Assembly (NCBI GenBank): GCA_051439605.1
Contig: JBFRWN010000098.1
Coordinates: 32,001 to 96,000, forward strand
Reading direction: 5' to 3'
Source of the DNA: Synechococcus sp.
Lineage (GTDB): Bacteria; Cyanobacteriota; Cyanobacteriia; Thermostichales; PCC-7336
DNA length: 64,000 nt
Below the pieces are notes generated by a model. The model saw only the letters and a list, made by a program, of their open reading frames with translations. It was not told where the DNA came from and did no database searches. The translations under genes and the position numbers were made by a program. Numbering within the stretch: the first letter of the stretch is position 1; each line of letters begins with the position of its first letter. Shown here piece by piece: positions 41,896 through 53,090 of this stretch.

Positions 41896-42594
41896 GCCTC
41901 AACAATAGCGCCGATCTCAAACTGTGCCAGTTGCAAACTATGTCGTTTCTTACTGACAAGTTAATCTCTTGAGAGACTGCTCTAGTGCGATCGTCCATTC
42001 GCTGAGAATATCTCGGCTATCCAGACCCCTAAATGGACCTATAGAATGATTTCCTCTTTATTCTGCGACACAAGCCACTGCCGATTTGCTCGCATCAATA
42101 GCGACCGTCAATCCGATTAGGACATTTCAGCTACCCAGAACGCGGACTAAGCATAGACCTGTCCGTACTAACTGAACTAACAAAAGCTATCCGCCGGTGA
42201 ACAGCAACGGCCCCCCATCCTTGCAACCACTCTCTCTTCAGCGATCCCCAGCGAGCAAAACAACTAAGAGTGTCATTCTTGGGTACACTCATGAAGGTTT
42301 GTAAATACGTTATTTCGCATTGCTCTTTCTTGTTGCCAATAGTTGCGCCACCGAATTGCAGCAGCCATCTGCTACCTAAGCACTTTGTAGCGTAACAGGG
42401 GAAACCACCCCATTTTGCAGCGATTCTGAGCCCTCATAATCCGATGGAGTCTACGGAGCTAACCGACCGGACCCTATCTCGCCTAAGGAAAAACCATTTC
42501 TCACTGGCGTGATAAACGGTCGCAGTAGCGAGCCTAGCCCCCCTACAAGATGGGTTGGAGCGAAATATGTGAGTTCCTTACACTGGTTATTAAC

Positions 42595-43671
42595 TTGGTT
42601 CAATTATCTTCTCCCCCAAAGGGTTCCCGCTCTAAACGCCGGTCTGAACTTCCCTTCACGTTGCAAGATATTCGAGCGGCAATTCCAGAATATTGCTTTC
42701 AGCCAAACCCTTGGAGATCGCTCTCTTACTTTTTCCTCGACATCGGTATTATTTCGGGTCTCTACGCCCTGGCCATTCACCTCAATTCTTGGCTATTTTT
42801 CCCAATTTTTTGGTTGGCTGCCGGCACCATGTTCTGGGCCTTATTCGTAGTTGGCCATGATTGCGGTCACGGGTCCTTTTCCCGTCACAAATGGTTGAAC
42901 AACCTGATCGGACACCTGAGCCACACTCCCATTCTGGTTCCTTTCCACGGTTGGCGAATTAGTCATCGCACCCACCACGCCAACACCGGCAACATTGATA
43001 CCGATGAAAGCTGGTACCCCATCACCGAATCGAAATACAACCAGATGCCCTGGTACGAGAAGCTGGTTCGCTTCTATGCTCCCGTCTTTGCCTTCCCCAT
43101 CTATCTATTCCGCCGTTCCCCTTCCCGTCCGGGTGGATCCCACTTTTCCCCCAACAGCCCTCTGTTCAAACCACACGAAAAGTGGGATGTGCTGACTAGC
43201 TCCGCTTGGATGATCGGGATGGCGGCATTCCTGGGTTGGGCAACCTACCAGTTTGGTTGGGTGGCAATCCTGAAGTACTATGCGGTACCCTACTTAATCT
43301 TTGTGGTTTGGTTAGACTTGGTCACATTTCTGCACCACACCGAAGACGATATCCCTTGGTTTCGCGGGAAAGACTGGTATTTCCTCAAGGGTGCTTTGTC
43401 CACCATCGATCGCGACTACGGATTGATCAACGAAATCCACCACAACATTGGCACTCACGTTGCACACCACATTTTCTTGGCGATTCCTCATTATCATTTG
43501 AAGGATGCAACTGAGGCCATCAAGCCGGTTTTGGGGGATTACTATCGCAAGTCAGATGAATCCATCTGGACAGGCTTCTTCAAGTCCTACTGGGCTTGCC
43601 ACTTTGTTCCAGATGAGGGGAGCAATGTGTATTATCAACCTCAACCCTCTTCCAAACCTAAGTCTCGCTAA
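42595..43671 (+). CDS. desB: Omega-3 (delta-15) acyl-lipid desaturase
   Basis: His boxes HDCGH, HRTHH and HVAHH; LPFTLQDIRAAIP; GNIDTDESW. Start uncertain (ORF open from 42550). Confidence 0.9.
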   Translation: MVQLSSPPKGSRSKRRSELPFTLQDIRAAIPEYCFQPNPWRSLSYFFLDIGIISGLYALAIHLNSWLFFPIFWLAAGTMFWALFVVGHDCGHGSFSRHKWLNNLIGHLSHTPILVPFHGWRISHRTHHANTGNIDTDESWYPITESKYNQMPWYEKLVRFYAPVFAFPIYLFRRSPSRPGGSHFSPNSPLFKPHEKWDVLTSSAWMIGMAAFLGWATYQFGWVAILKYYAVPYLIFVVWLDLVTFLHHTEDDIPWFRGKDWYFLKGALSTIDRDYGLINEIHHNIGTHVAHHIFLAIPHYHLKDATEAIKPVLGDYYRKSDESIWTGFFKSYWACHFVPDEGSNVYYQPQPSSKPKSR

Positions 43672-43704
43672 GTTGGATGGGTCTCATCCAATCCTTACCA
43701 AGAC

Positions 43705-43745
43705 AAAAAAACCTGCTGGAGTTCGCGCTCTCAGCAGGCTTTTTG
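43705..43745. terminator. Bidirectional terminator between desB and xth
   Basis: AAAAAAA-CCTGCTG...CAGCAGG-CTTTTT. Confidence 0.7.
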
Positions 43746-43901
43746 ATCGAATGTCTGCAAAGCAACATTCAATCAATTGCGTTCTATGGAAAGAACCTGC
43801 TACATCTCACCCCGATCGGCAAGAGCGATGCATAGTAATGCTCCCATAGCGCTGAGATATCGAGGAACTCCGACTGAACGTTCACTTTGGATACCAGGGA
43901 T

Positions 43902-44705
43902 TTAGGACAGGTTGAATTCGAGCAGCACTGGCGCGTGATCGCTGGGGCGCTCCCATCCACGCGGTTCGAGATCGATCTGGCAGGCTACCACCTGTTCATA
44001 TAGCTGGGAGGTAGCGTACAAGTGATCGATCCTCCAACCTCGGTTGCGGGCAAAACCAGCAGCTCGATAGTCCCACCAACTAAAGTGGCCCCCATCCTGA
44101 GTAAATTTGCGAAAGGTGTCTTGAAAACCTAACTCGAGCACTTGGCGTAGGGCAGCACGCTCCTGCGGTGAAGACATGATGTGCGTCTCTTTCCCGTCAG
44201 GGTTATAGATATCAATATCTTCGAGAGCAATGTTGAAGTCCCCACACATCAGGACTCCTGCAGGAAATTGCGCGATGCGGTGCTCCAAATACCTCTCTAG
44301 AACTTGCAGCCACTCCAGCTTATAGCAGTACTTTTCACTACCAATCTCAGAGCCATTGGGTACGTAGAGATTCACAATACAGATTCCGTTGAGGGACGCA
44401 GAGATCGCCCGCTTTTGTTCGTCAAACGGTTCTGCAGAATCCCCCACCACCGGCACAAATCCGCAGGTGACATCTTTTAAAGGGGTACGACTGATAAACG
44501 CAACGCCGTTGTATGACTTTTGGCCGAAGAAATAGGTGTGGTAGCCCATTTCCTCAAAGGGCTGTTGCGGAAACTGTTTATCCTGCACTTTTGTCTCTTG
44601 CAAACAAAGCACATCGACAGTTTGACCCACCTCAGATTGCAGCCAAGTTTGAATGTGCTCGAGACGTGTACGGATGGAATTAACATTCCAGGTTGCGATT
44701 TGCAT
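43902..44705 (-). CDS. xth: Exodeoxyribonuclease III
   Basis: IATWNVNSIR, CLQETK, YNGVA, YVPNG, GDFNIA, GWRIDH, SDHAPV. Confidence 0.95.
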   Translation of the reverse strand: MQIATWNVNSIRTRLEHIQTWLQSEVGQTVDVLCLQETKVQDKQFPQQPFEEMGYHTYFFGQKSYNGVAFISRTPLKDVTCGFVPVVGDSAEPFDEQKRAISASLNGICIVNLYVPNGSEIGSEKYCYKLEWLQVLERYLEHRIAQFPAGVLMCGDFNIALEDIDIYNPDGKETHIMSSPQERAALRQVLELGFQDTFRKFTQDGGHFSWWDYRAAGFARNRGWRIDHLYATSQLYEQVVACQIDLEPRGWERPSDHAPVLLEFNLS

Positions 44706-44751
44706 CGGACATAGTAGAGACAGTCTCTAGTCACTTTAGGTGTCTTTACCA

Positions 44752-45339
44752 ATGGGAACCAAACAATCTCTTGCTCTACTGGGAATGGCAGCTTCCTCCA
44801 TCGCGCTCGGAATCGTTTGGATGGCTAGCTCATTCGCAGTCCAATTTCCGGATGGCCGGATTGCATTTAACTCGCCTCCCTTGTTGACCGGTCATTCCCT
44901 CACCCCAAGCTTTACAGGTGCCCGCAACGCCACCTATCGATTTACCATCGCAATGCCAGCTAATGCGGGGGAAACCCTCGATTATGTAGAAATTGTGCCG
45001 TTCTCGGTACCGGAAACAATTGATTTCCGCCTACCAGATGTTTCCGCTTACGAAGGAGGAGGTGTACGCCGGGGTAATCCCATCCCCGTGACAGGAGTAT
45101 CCCTCGATCGAGATTCAGCTACCAAGGCGGGGGCGGTTGGTGTCCTGTTCGATCCCCCTCTCGAGCCGGGGGAAACAGCCACCATCGTACTCAAATCCAT
45201 CAGGAATCCCAGATTCAGTGGTTCGTTTGCTTACGAAGTGACAGCCTATCCTCACCCCGATGTGGGCGTCAGCCATCGTATGGGACTCGCTAGATTTAGC
45301 ATCGACGCCCGCTCGGGTTGCAATCGCGTCAGTTGCTAG
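44752..45339 (+). CDS. DUF2808 domain-containing secreted protein
   Basis: Signal peptide; DGRIAFNSPPLL, ATYRFTI..PANAGETL, FDPPLEPG, RNPRFSG. Confidence 0.75.
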   Translation: MGTKQSLALLGMAASSIALGIVWMASSFAVQFPDGRIAFNSPPLLTGHSLTPSFTGARNATYRFTIAMPANAGETLDYVEIVPFSVPETIDFRLPDVSAYEGGGVRRGNPIPVTGVSLDRDSATKAGAVGVLFDPPLEPGETATIVLKSIRNPRFSGSFAYEVTAYPHPDVGVSHRMGLARFSIDARSGCNRVSC

Positions 45340-45424
45340 AGTCAAATTTCCTCGTACGTTTTACAAGGCTTACAGTTAGAGCGATCCCGCATAGACTGGT
45401 TGGACAGGATATGGCTGAACGGAT

Positions 45425-46576
45425 ATGGGGGCAATGGAACCTGAGATTTTTGAAGTGCCGAATTTGGAAGGGCTTTATACCGATCCCGGCACCCTCTCAA
45501 TCCCTGGAGATGCCCTTCCAACCACCCTCTCGGTAACCGACTATTCTGGAGATCGCTACGAGAAATTCATTCCTGCCCGGTTAGCCGATCTCAGCGAGTT
45601 CTTGAACTCAGACTCCGTCACCTGGATCGACGTTCAGGGGCTGGGGAGCCAAGACCTCTTGCAGGGCTTGGCTTCAGTATTGCAGCTGCATCCCATGGAG
45701 CTGGCTGAAATCGCCAACGTGCCCCAGCGATCGCGCTTTGAGGAATACCCCTCCCACGTCTTGCTTGTTCTGCATGTGGCCGGTCGGTTAGAGGGCAAAT
45801 TTCACAGCCAACAGGTCAGCTTGATTGTCGGCAGCCATTACACCATTACTTTTCAAGAATCCCCCGAACTAGATTGCTTTCAAGGGGTACGGGATCGGCT
45901 GCTGTACGGGCGGGGGACCATTCGCACGCAAGGGAGCGATTATCTAGCAGTCTCTTTGTTGGACGCAGCCATCGATAGCTACTTCCCCATTCTGGAGTTT
46001 TACAGCGATCGGATAGAAAAGCTGGAGGTGGAAACGACCAGCACCCCCGATCGAGAAACACTGTCCCAGATTTACTTCGTGAAGCGGGAACTGTTGGGGA
46101 TGAGGCGGCTATTGTGGCCTCAGCGGGAGGCACTGAACAGCTTGATTCGCAATCGCTCGTCCCCCGTTTCCGACGAGGTGCGGGTATACCTGCGGGATAG
46201 CTACGACCACATTGTTCAGGCCCTAGAAACCGTAGAGATTTACCGCGAGTTGGCTTCGGGGCTAGTGAATTTATATTTGTCCGCCATTGGTCACCGCATG
46301 AACGAGGTCATGAAGCTACTCACCATCATTTCCACCGTGTTTATTCCCCTGACGTTTATTGCAGGGGTCTACGGCATGAACTTCGATCCGGATATGTCCC
46401 CTTGGAATATGCCGGAGTTGCGGTGGATATACGGCTATCCAGCAGCATTGGGCTTAATGCTGGCGGTTGGAGCAATTGCTTTGGTCGCTTTTTGGCGCAT
46501 GGGCTGGCTTGGGGCAGAGGCGATCGGAGTTGACTCTAAACCTGGCAGCGATTCTGGTTCCTCTGGCAAAACCTAG
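45425..46576 (+). CDS. corA: Magnesium/cobalt transporter CorA
   Basis: WIDVQGL, MNEVMKLLTIISTVFIPLTFIAGVYGMNF (GMN motif), MPEL. Confidence 0.94.
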   Translation: MGAMEPEIFEVPNLEGLYTDPGTLSIPGDALPTTLSVTDYSGDRYEKFIPARLADLSEFLNSDSVTWIDVQGLGSQDLLQGLASVLQLHPMELAEIANVPQRSRFEEYPSHVLLVLHVAGRLEGKFHSQQVSLIVGSHYTITFQESPELDCFQGVRDRLLYGRGTIRTQGSDYLAVSLLDAAIDSYFPILEFYSDRIEKLEVETTSTPDRETLSQIYFVKRELLGMRRLLWPQREALNSLIRNRSSPVSDEVRVYLRDSYDHIVQALETVEIYRELASGLVNLYLSAIGHRMNEVMKLLTIISTVFIPLTFIAGVYGMNFDPDMSPWNMPELRWIYGYPAALGLMLAVGAIALVAFWRMGWLGAEAIGVDSKPGSDSGSSGKT

Positions 46577-46593
46577 TATTACTGATAGCCATC

Positions 46594-46636
46594 AAAAAAT
46601 CGAAGCCAAGGGAACTTTTCCCCTTGGCTTTTCAAT
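46594..46636. terminator. Bidirectional terminator between corA and glgP
   Basis: AAGCCAAGGG...CCCTTGGCTT stem flanked by A and T runs. Confidence 0.7.
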
Positions 46637-46685
46637 TCAGGCGCAAACACCAGCAGTCCAACCATTCAGAGGTCGTAACAGCAGG

Positions 46686-49211
46686 TTAAACAGGAGAACT
46701 AAATGTCAGGTCTGACTCCTTGAGAGCAATAGAAACAGCATTCGCCTTCCAAATGTTGTCAGAGTAGTCGCGAATGGAGCGATCGCTGGAAAATTTCCCC
46801 ATGCGAGCGGCATTTAAAATGGACATCCTCGTCCAACTATCGCGATCTCCATAGGCGTTACCAACTAATGTCTGGCAATCGGCATAGGCTTGGAAATCCG
46901 CCAGCACCAAATAGGGATCGGAATACAGAAGCGACTTCACCAGAGGCTGGAAGAGCTCGGTGCTGCCATGGGAGAAGAAGCCCGATGCCACTAGGTCAAT
47001 CGCCTCCTGAAGATGGGGGTTGGCTTTGTAGTAGTCCCGAGGGGTATACCCAGAGGCCTTGAGCTCGCGTACCTCAGGGGTGGTCAAGCCAAACAGGAAG
47101 AAATTCTCTGCCCCTACTTCTGAGCGAATCTCAATATTGGCTCCATCCAGCGTGCCAATGGTAAGGGCTCCATTCAGAGCAAATTTCATGTTGCCGGTGC
47201 CAGAAGCTTCCTTCCCGGCAGTCGAAATTTGTTCGGATAAATCTGCCGCCGGATAAATCCGCTGGCTGTTGGTCACGTTGAAGTCTGGCAGGAAAATAAC
47301 CTTCAAGCGATCGCTGACATCGGGATCGCTATTGACTACGTCCGCCACTGACGTAATCAGCTTAACAATCAGCTTGGCAATGAAATATCCCGGCGCTGCC
47401 TTACCGGCAAAGATGAACGTTCTGGAGGGGATATCGAGATTGGGGTTGTTTTTCAGCTGCAGGTAGAGGGAGATGACGTGCAGAATGTTGAGATGTTGGC
47501 GCTTATATTCGTGAATGCGCTTCACCTGCACATCAAAAATTGATGTGGGATCGACTGCGATACCGGCTTGGCGATAAATGCGATCGGCCAAACTACTCTT
47601 GTTGGCCTGCTTCACCTTGAGCCAAGCATCCCTAAAGCCCGCATCGTCAACATACGCTTCCAACTGCTTCAACTGGTCAAGATTCACCGTCCACCCATCA
47701 CCAATCTTTTCGGTGACCAACTGACTGAGGGCAGGATTGCTTAACACCATCCAGCGTCGTGGGGTGACGCCATTCGTAACATTGGTAAACTTCTCCGGCC
47801 ACAGTTCGTAGAAGTCTTTCAAAACATCCTGCTTCAGAAGGCGACTATGCAATTCAGCCACCCCATTAATCGTGTGGCTACCGACACAGGCTAGATTTGC
47901 CATGCGCACGTAGCGTTCTCCGGATTCGTCGATGAGGGAAAGTCGCTCCAGACGCTTATCGTCATTCATAAACTTGATGCGCACCCGATCCAGGAATCGC
48001 TGGTTAATTTCATAAATGATTTCTAGATGTCTCGGCAGCAGCTTTCTAAATAGACCCACCGACCATTTTTCTAATGCTTCTGGCAACAGCGTATGGTTGG
48101 TGTAGGCAAAGGTCTTGTGAGTAATCTCCCAAGCTTTTTCCCAAGTCAACCCTTTTTCGTCCACCAACAGACGCATCAGTTCTGCGATAGAAACCGCTGG
48201 GTGGGTATCATTTAATTGCACCGCATATTTTTCGTGGAATTTCTCAAGGGGTATATTCTGCTGTTCCATGATGCGAAACATGTCTTGCAACGAACAAGAC
48301 ACAAAGAAAAATTGCTGTTTTAGGCGCAACTTCTTCCCTTGAATCTGCTCGTCATTGGGATATAGCACCTTTGTAATGTTCTCGGATTCGACCTTACGGT
48401 CAACAGCTCCGTAGTAATCCCCCCGGTTAAAGGCACCAAAATCAAAGGAATCCGGAGCCTCAGCCTTCCAAAGCCGCAGTGTATTGGCGGTGTTGACCTT
48501 GTATCCCAAGATGGGGGTGTCATAGGGAATCCCTTTGACCACACGATCGGGCACCCACCGGACTCGATAGCGATTGTGTTCGTCGGTGTAGGACTCGGTG
48601 TAACCACCAAACTTGACCTCAACAGACCATTCTGGACGGGGTAGCTCCCAGGGGTTGCCATACTGCAACCAATTGTGGGTCACCTCCGCCTGCCAGCCAT
48701 CACGAATTTCCTGTTCGAAGATTCCAAATTCATAGCGAATTCCATACCCTAAAGTAGGTAACTCGAGGGTAGCCAGAGATTCAAGATAGCAAGCAGCCAA
48801 GCGACCTAAGCCTCCATTCCCCAAGCCAGGCTCCTGTTCCACTTCGATCAGACTATCCAGACTGAGCCCTAATTCCTGCACAGCCTGTCGGGCGTTGTCG
48901 TAAATGCCCAAATTAATGAGATTCTTGGCCAAATGGGGCCCCATGAGAAACTCGGCCGAAAAATAACAGACTGTGCGCGATCCCGATTCGGTATAGGTTT
49001 CTGCCGTGCTGTTCCAGCGCTGCAACATTCGATCTCGAACGGTATGGGCAAGCGCCATGTAATAGTCATTCTGGGAGGCTAGGGCGGGGAACTTACCCTG
49101 TACGTAGAACAAATTATTGACGAAAGCACGTTTGAGAGCCTCCACACTCATGCCAGTGCGACTCTCTTCAATCCGAACGTCAGGACAGACGAAACCTTCA
49201 GGTATGTTCAT
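46686..49211 (-). CDS. glgP: Glycogen/alpha-glucan phosphorylase
   Basis: LGNGGLGRLAAC, QLNDTHP, AYTNHTLLPEALE, KRIHEYKRQ, PLP site EASGTGNMKF. Confidence 0.97.
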   Translation of the reverse strand: MNIPEGFVCPDVRIEESRTGMSVEALKRAFVNNLFYVQGKFPALASQNDYYMALAHTVRDRMLQRWNSTAETYTESGSRTVCYFSAEFLMGPHLAKNLINLGIYDNARQAVQELGLSLDSLIEVEQEPGLGNGGLGRLAACYLESLATLELPTLGYGIRYEFGIFEQEIRDGWQAEVTHNWLQYGNPWELPRPEWSVEVKFGGYTESYTDEHNRYRVRWVPDRVVKGIPYDTPILGYKVNTANTLRLWKAEAPDSFDFGAFNRGDYYGAVDRKVESENITKVLYPNDEQIQGKKLRLKQQFFFVSCSLQDMFRIMEQQNIPLEKFHEKYAVQLNDTHPAVSIAELMRLLVDEKGLTWEKAWEITHKTFAYTNHTLLPEALEKWSVGLFRKLLPRHLEIIYEINQRFLDRVRIKFMNDDKRLERLSLIDESGERYVRMANLACVGSHTINGVAELHSRLLKQDVLKDFYELWPEKFTNVTNGVTPRRWMVLSNPALSQLVTEKIGDGWTVNLDQLKQLEAYVDDAGFRDAWLKVKQANKSSLADRIYRQAGIAVDPTSIFDVQVKRIHEYKRQHLNILHVISLYLQLKNNPNLDIPSRTFIFAGKAAPGYFIAKLIVKLITSVADVVNSDPDVSDRLKVIFLPDFNVTNSQRIYPAADLSEQISTAGKEASGTGNMKFALNGALTIGTLDGANIEIRSEVGAENFFLFGLTTPEVRELKASGYTPRDYYKANPHLQEAIDLVASGFFSHGSTELFQPLVKSLLYSDPYLVLADFQAYADCQTLVGNAYGDRDSWTRMSILNAARMGKFSSDRSIRDYSDNIWKANAVSIALKESDLTFSSPV

Positions 49212-49904
49212 AGTTGCTAGGGGGTTCCTTTTTGAGGGTAGTCGTGCAGGGTATCTAGACAGGCGGTGGACGCGGCAGTTAGCAGCTGTTAAACGCTCAG
49301 TTGGAACGGTGGCCGACACCAGCAGGCGCTCGATATTCAACTTCTCGATAAATAAAACTAACCGATTCGTGACAAGAAATTAATGTTGAATCATACAGAT
49401 AGCGATACGGATCGCAGAGGCCAGCTCTTACGTGTTAGCACAGATCCTTGAAGGAAAATGAATGGATTTTTGTGGCCCAGTGAGCGGTTGGGCATGCTAT
49501 CAAGCTTGCAACCGCAAAAAGCCAGACAGAACAGGCATTACAGGGATGTAGAATCACTCCAAGTGCTATGACAGGCCGTCGGATTTACATAATTTCTTTA
49601 GGTGAATTTCGACGCAAACATTCAAATAACGATTTGAAACAATATCCTCTTACGTCAAGTTTGCTCGCTCCCAGCCCAACGATCTTTTTTATGTATGTAT
49701 TAACGTCTTTGCAGAGGTATGTTCAGGACAAACAATTCCATGATGTTGCCATATCTGCTGCCTCGCGATTCACAATATATCTGATTCGGTCTCTCGAGCG
49801 AAGCCTGGTACCACAAACAGCAAGTATGAGTGGCCTGGCATATGGATGGGAATTCAGCTACGACCATGTCATTGCCTGGCACAGAATTCCAGAGGGACAG
49901 ATGA

Positions 49905-50768
49905 CTAATCTGCTGCACGATCGGATCCCTGACCAAACGGCAGAGAAAATGGAAGAACATAGATCGTCAGCAATCCAGCTAAAAAGCCCAAGACGTTGCG
50001 GGCAATTGGCAACCAGTCAGTCGTACGGCGAAGCACGGGAGCAAGGCCAAAACCACCAAACAGTAACAACCACATTGGCGAGAACAACAGTGCCCATTGC
50101 CAATTGAAGAGTTCGTCCTCATGGCGCTGCTTGCCTGCAAAGCCACAGATAATCCCCCCCGCGATAGACGTAAATAAAGTCCAAATCCAGTGTTCGTCCG
50201 GCAATCCAGGAACAACTCTGCATCCTCCCTCCCGGAAACAAGTATCGAGAGCATCAACTGTACTTTGGATTGACTGTGCCTTGCCGTTATCCCTCACAAA
50301 GAACTGATTGCCATAGCGAGATTGCAGTTCAATCCAAAAGGTACGGGGGAGAACCTCCCGCACGCGATCGCCGACGTTAAACGCCAGTAAATTACCTCCT
50401 CGTGGATCGGCCACCATCAGTACGCTGCGATCGTTTAATCCCCAGTAGCTTTTCACCGTGCGACCGGGGGATTTATCAAACTGTGTGAGCACCCGCAGCT
50501 TCCAGCCAGTATCGTTCTCTAGCGCTTTTAGCTGCGCGTTTAGGCGAGACTCTTGATTCGCTGACAGCTGATCGGCGAAATCGAGCACTTCCACCTCAGG
50601 CTGGGGCAAATCCATCTCTACCACAGGCAATTCTTGCTGGGCCATCGCAGACTGACTGGTCATACCAAAGACGCAACAGGCTGTCGCCATAACACACAGC
50701 ATCACTGCAGCTCCCAGCCATACAGACTTCAGATTGCTTGGCAACGAGCGAACAGATGCTGAGAACAT
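49905..50768 (-). CDS. TPM domain-containing thylakoid/membrane protein
   Basis: DTGWKLRVLTQ, WGLNDRSVLMVADPRGGNLLAFNVGD, FWIELQSRYGNQFFVRDNG, C-terminal transmembrane helices. Confidence 0.82.
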   Translation of the reverse strand: MFSASVRSLPSNLKSVWLGAAVMLCVMATACCVFGMTSQSAMAQQELPVVEMDLPQPEVEVLDFADQLSANQESRLNAQLKALENDTGWKLRVLTQFDKSPGRTVKSYWGLNDRSVLMVADPRGGNLLAFNVGDRVREVLPRTFWIELQSRYGNQFFVRDNGKAQSIQSTVDALDTCFREGGCRVVPGLPDEHWIWTLFTSIAGGIICGFAGKQRHEDELFNWQWALLFSPMWLLLFGGFGLAPVLRRTTDWLPIARNVLGFLAGLLTIYVLPFSLPFGQGSDRAAD

Positions 50769-50939
50769 GGCGGATATGTAACGAACTATTTCTTTCGTTA
50801 ATATAGCGACTTTCGTTAATTCGCAGAAAAACAGTCACCTAAGTGAGCGATCGCTGCGACTATTAGGGTAGGTCTTTTAACAAAACACAATTGGGGGATA
50901 GCGACGGTATTTGAAGGGCCAGGTTGCAGCGGACTCGTT

Positions 50940-51620
50940 CTAGCTCAGCAAACTCTGCACCCAGGTGGGTGGAGGGGGCAATTTCTTACCCAATTTTTCC
51001 ATCACTAGTGCGGCCACCAGATGGACCGTAAACACATACACCAAAGAATTCACCGCCACAATCGCCACAATGGCCACCTGAATAGTGAAGGCCGATGCTG
51101 CCACGTGAATCCCAAACCAACCCAGCGTCACATCTAGCAACCAATTGGCAAACCCCGTCAGTTGCAATGTAAAAAATGCCCACAGATTCTCCCCCACCAG
51201 CAGCGAGGAGAGAGCTAACTGAAAGATTAATCCCAATGTGCTCAAAGCGGCTCCACAGAGCACTGAGCAATACCAAGACAATTGCTGTTGCCACATCCAA
51301 CCACAGAGAAAACCTAGTAACCCGTAAGGCATCAAATAGATAATGCTGCGAGTGGGACCAATCAATACCGTTAGCAACAATGTCGAAACCGCTAACGCCA
51401 TCCGGCCCGTGCGCCAATCCCATCGCATAATGGCGATCGCCACTGGCAGTGGGAAGAAGAGTCGCAGCAAAGGCAGCGTTGGATTGAGATAAATTGTGAC
51501 CACCCAAGCCAAAGCAGCAGTACTGGCCAGAAAAGCGATCTCCACCAGGCGCAGAGCTTGTTGTTTGGGGGAGGGATCGACCGGTGGAAGTTTGGGAGAG
51601 AACACAGCAGATGCTTTCAC
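50940..51620 (-). CDS. DUF2232 membrane protein
   Basis: LVEIAFLASTAAL, FFPLPVA, LLTVLIGPTRSI...PYGLLG, LVGENLW. Confidence 0.8.
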   Translation of the reverse strand: MKASAVFSPKLPPVDPSPKQQALRLVEIAFLASTAALAWVVTIYLNPTLPLLRLFFPLPVAIAIMRWDWRTGRMALAVSTLLLTVLIGPTRSIIYLMPYGLLGFLCGWMWQQQLSWYCSVLCGAALSTLGLIFQLALSSLLVGENLWAFFTLQLTGFANWLLDVTLGWFGIHVAASAFTIQVAIVAIVAVNSLVYVFTVHLVAALVMEKLGKKLPPPPTWVQSLLS

Positions 51621-52006
51621 GTGCTTTCTAGCTTAGTAGCTGCCATCGACAAGCGGTCGATTAGCATGCGCTCAGTTTTCACGAGTTCCTCATACCTAAC
51701 TCGGGCTAACCAACCTGGAGTTTGGTTCAGTTAGGCATGTCCCACCTGACTTCAATGCAGAAAAACCAACTACATGCTGAAATTCACATTACGAAAAGGG
51801 ATGTGTTGTCACCAGCTGTCGCACCTACTCGTACTCAACCTAATACATCTGATAAGGACAACCTAAATCTTTATAAATGTGAATAATGGGACTAGATTAT
51901 CTGCAGTGCTTGCATTCTAGAAATGGCAACGGTCATTAAGCTGGTTGGAATCGATACATTAACTTTCAACTCTTCAAGTACTTCATCATCTAGTAGGAGT
52001 CCAGCA

Positions 52007-52504
52007 ATGGATGCTGCATCATTCCTTACCCAGTATGGCTTCGATCTTGGCGGGAGATCGCCAGAAGAATGGCTGATGGACTGGAAACGGAAGTTTCCAG
52101 CGTCATGGGTTGCATCAGCATTGGTGGAAGCTCTTTACCGCGGTCGCTACAAAGCTGTATCCGTACAGCAGTTGTTGTTGATGTGGCAAACACGAGGCAA
52201 CCCCTGTATGGGCTTTAGTTTAGATTTCGGGCGAAAAGTTTGGCCGGAGGGGCTCGATCCCTTACAGTCCGGCCTAGAACAGGGCAATTCAACAAGCTCA
52301 TCCATTCGCAACTATGCTTTCAATTCGTTTGATTCTTTGGAGCAATACCCAACGCTATTCAATCACCGCCCATCCATCACGATGTATCCATTGCGCCGCC
52401 AACTGCGATGGGAATCTTTGCCCAATAAACTAGAGCAAATGCTATGTGCGAGCCAGCAATCGGCAAGTTCTCAATCTTCGCTCACCCATGCACCAATTCA
52501 CTAA
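52007..52504 (+). CDS. Ftn6-like cell-division protein with N-terminal DnaD-like domain
   Basis: LTQYGFDLGG...W...A.VEALYRGRYKAVSVQQLLLMW..RG; AGGAG upstream of ATG at 52007. Confidence 0.6.
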   Translation: MDAASFLTQYGFDLGGRSPEEWLMDWKRKFPASWVASALVEALYRGRYKAVSVQQLLLMWQTRGNPCMGFSLDFGRKVWPEGLDPLQSGLEQGNSTSSSIRNYAFNSFDSLEQYPTLFNHRPSITMYPLRRQLRWESLPNKLEQMLCASQQSASSQSSLTHAPIH

Positions 52505-52811
52505 CATGACCCCTCTCAGCCTAATTTCTACCCCCAAAAAAGGGAGATACTGGTCAAGTTCGTTTGTCGGTGGCAACTGCTTGGACTCCTTGGAAACGTA
52601 ACTTGCAGAAGGCATCACCCTTCCGCTTATCTCTTGGGCCAATCCCAACGTTGTAGCCTAGTACCTGACTGGACTGAGGGCTCCTCTCATCAGCGTGGAT
52701 ACTCTCTTTCGGCATTTCTCTTTCGGCATTGAAGTGTAGGAGCACGAAAATCACTGCGGAGCATACAATAGCAGCTAAACTACTACCACCCAGCCATGGA
52801 AGCTTATCTGG

Positions 52812-53090
52812 ATGAGTGAGCAAAAACATCCGCAATACTCAAAAGATCGGGCCTTACTGACCTCCATCATTAAAGATGGTACCCCCTCCGATCTCAACCT
52901 CGTTGAAGTGGCACGGCTACGCATCCGCTATACAGGTTTTCCGGGTGCTCGAGACATTCAACAAGATCTCGATCGCATGCTACAAACTTGGAACCTTTCC
53001 GAAGAGTTGCTCTTCACCAAGACGAGGCATATTCACCAGTTAGCACAAGTCTATCAAGAGAGCTTTAGTAATCGGGATGATTGGGCATAA
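52812..53090 (+). CDS. DUF3288 family protein
   Basis: QKHPQY..DR, NLVEVARLRIRYTGFPGARDIQQDL. Confidence 0.82.
   Translation: MSEQKHPQYSKDRALLTSIIKDGTPSDLNLVEVARLRIRYTGFPGARDIQQDLDRMLQTWNLSEELLFTKTRHIHQLAQVYQESFSNRDDWA

Noticed and set aside
49568..50107. 179-aa + strand ORF
   Set aside because: Overlaps the 3' end of the TPM gene on the opposite strand and has no protein-like features.
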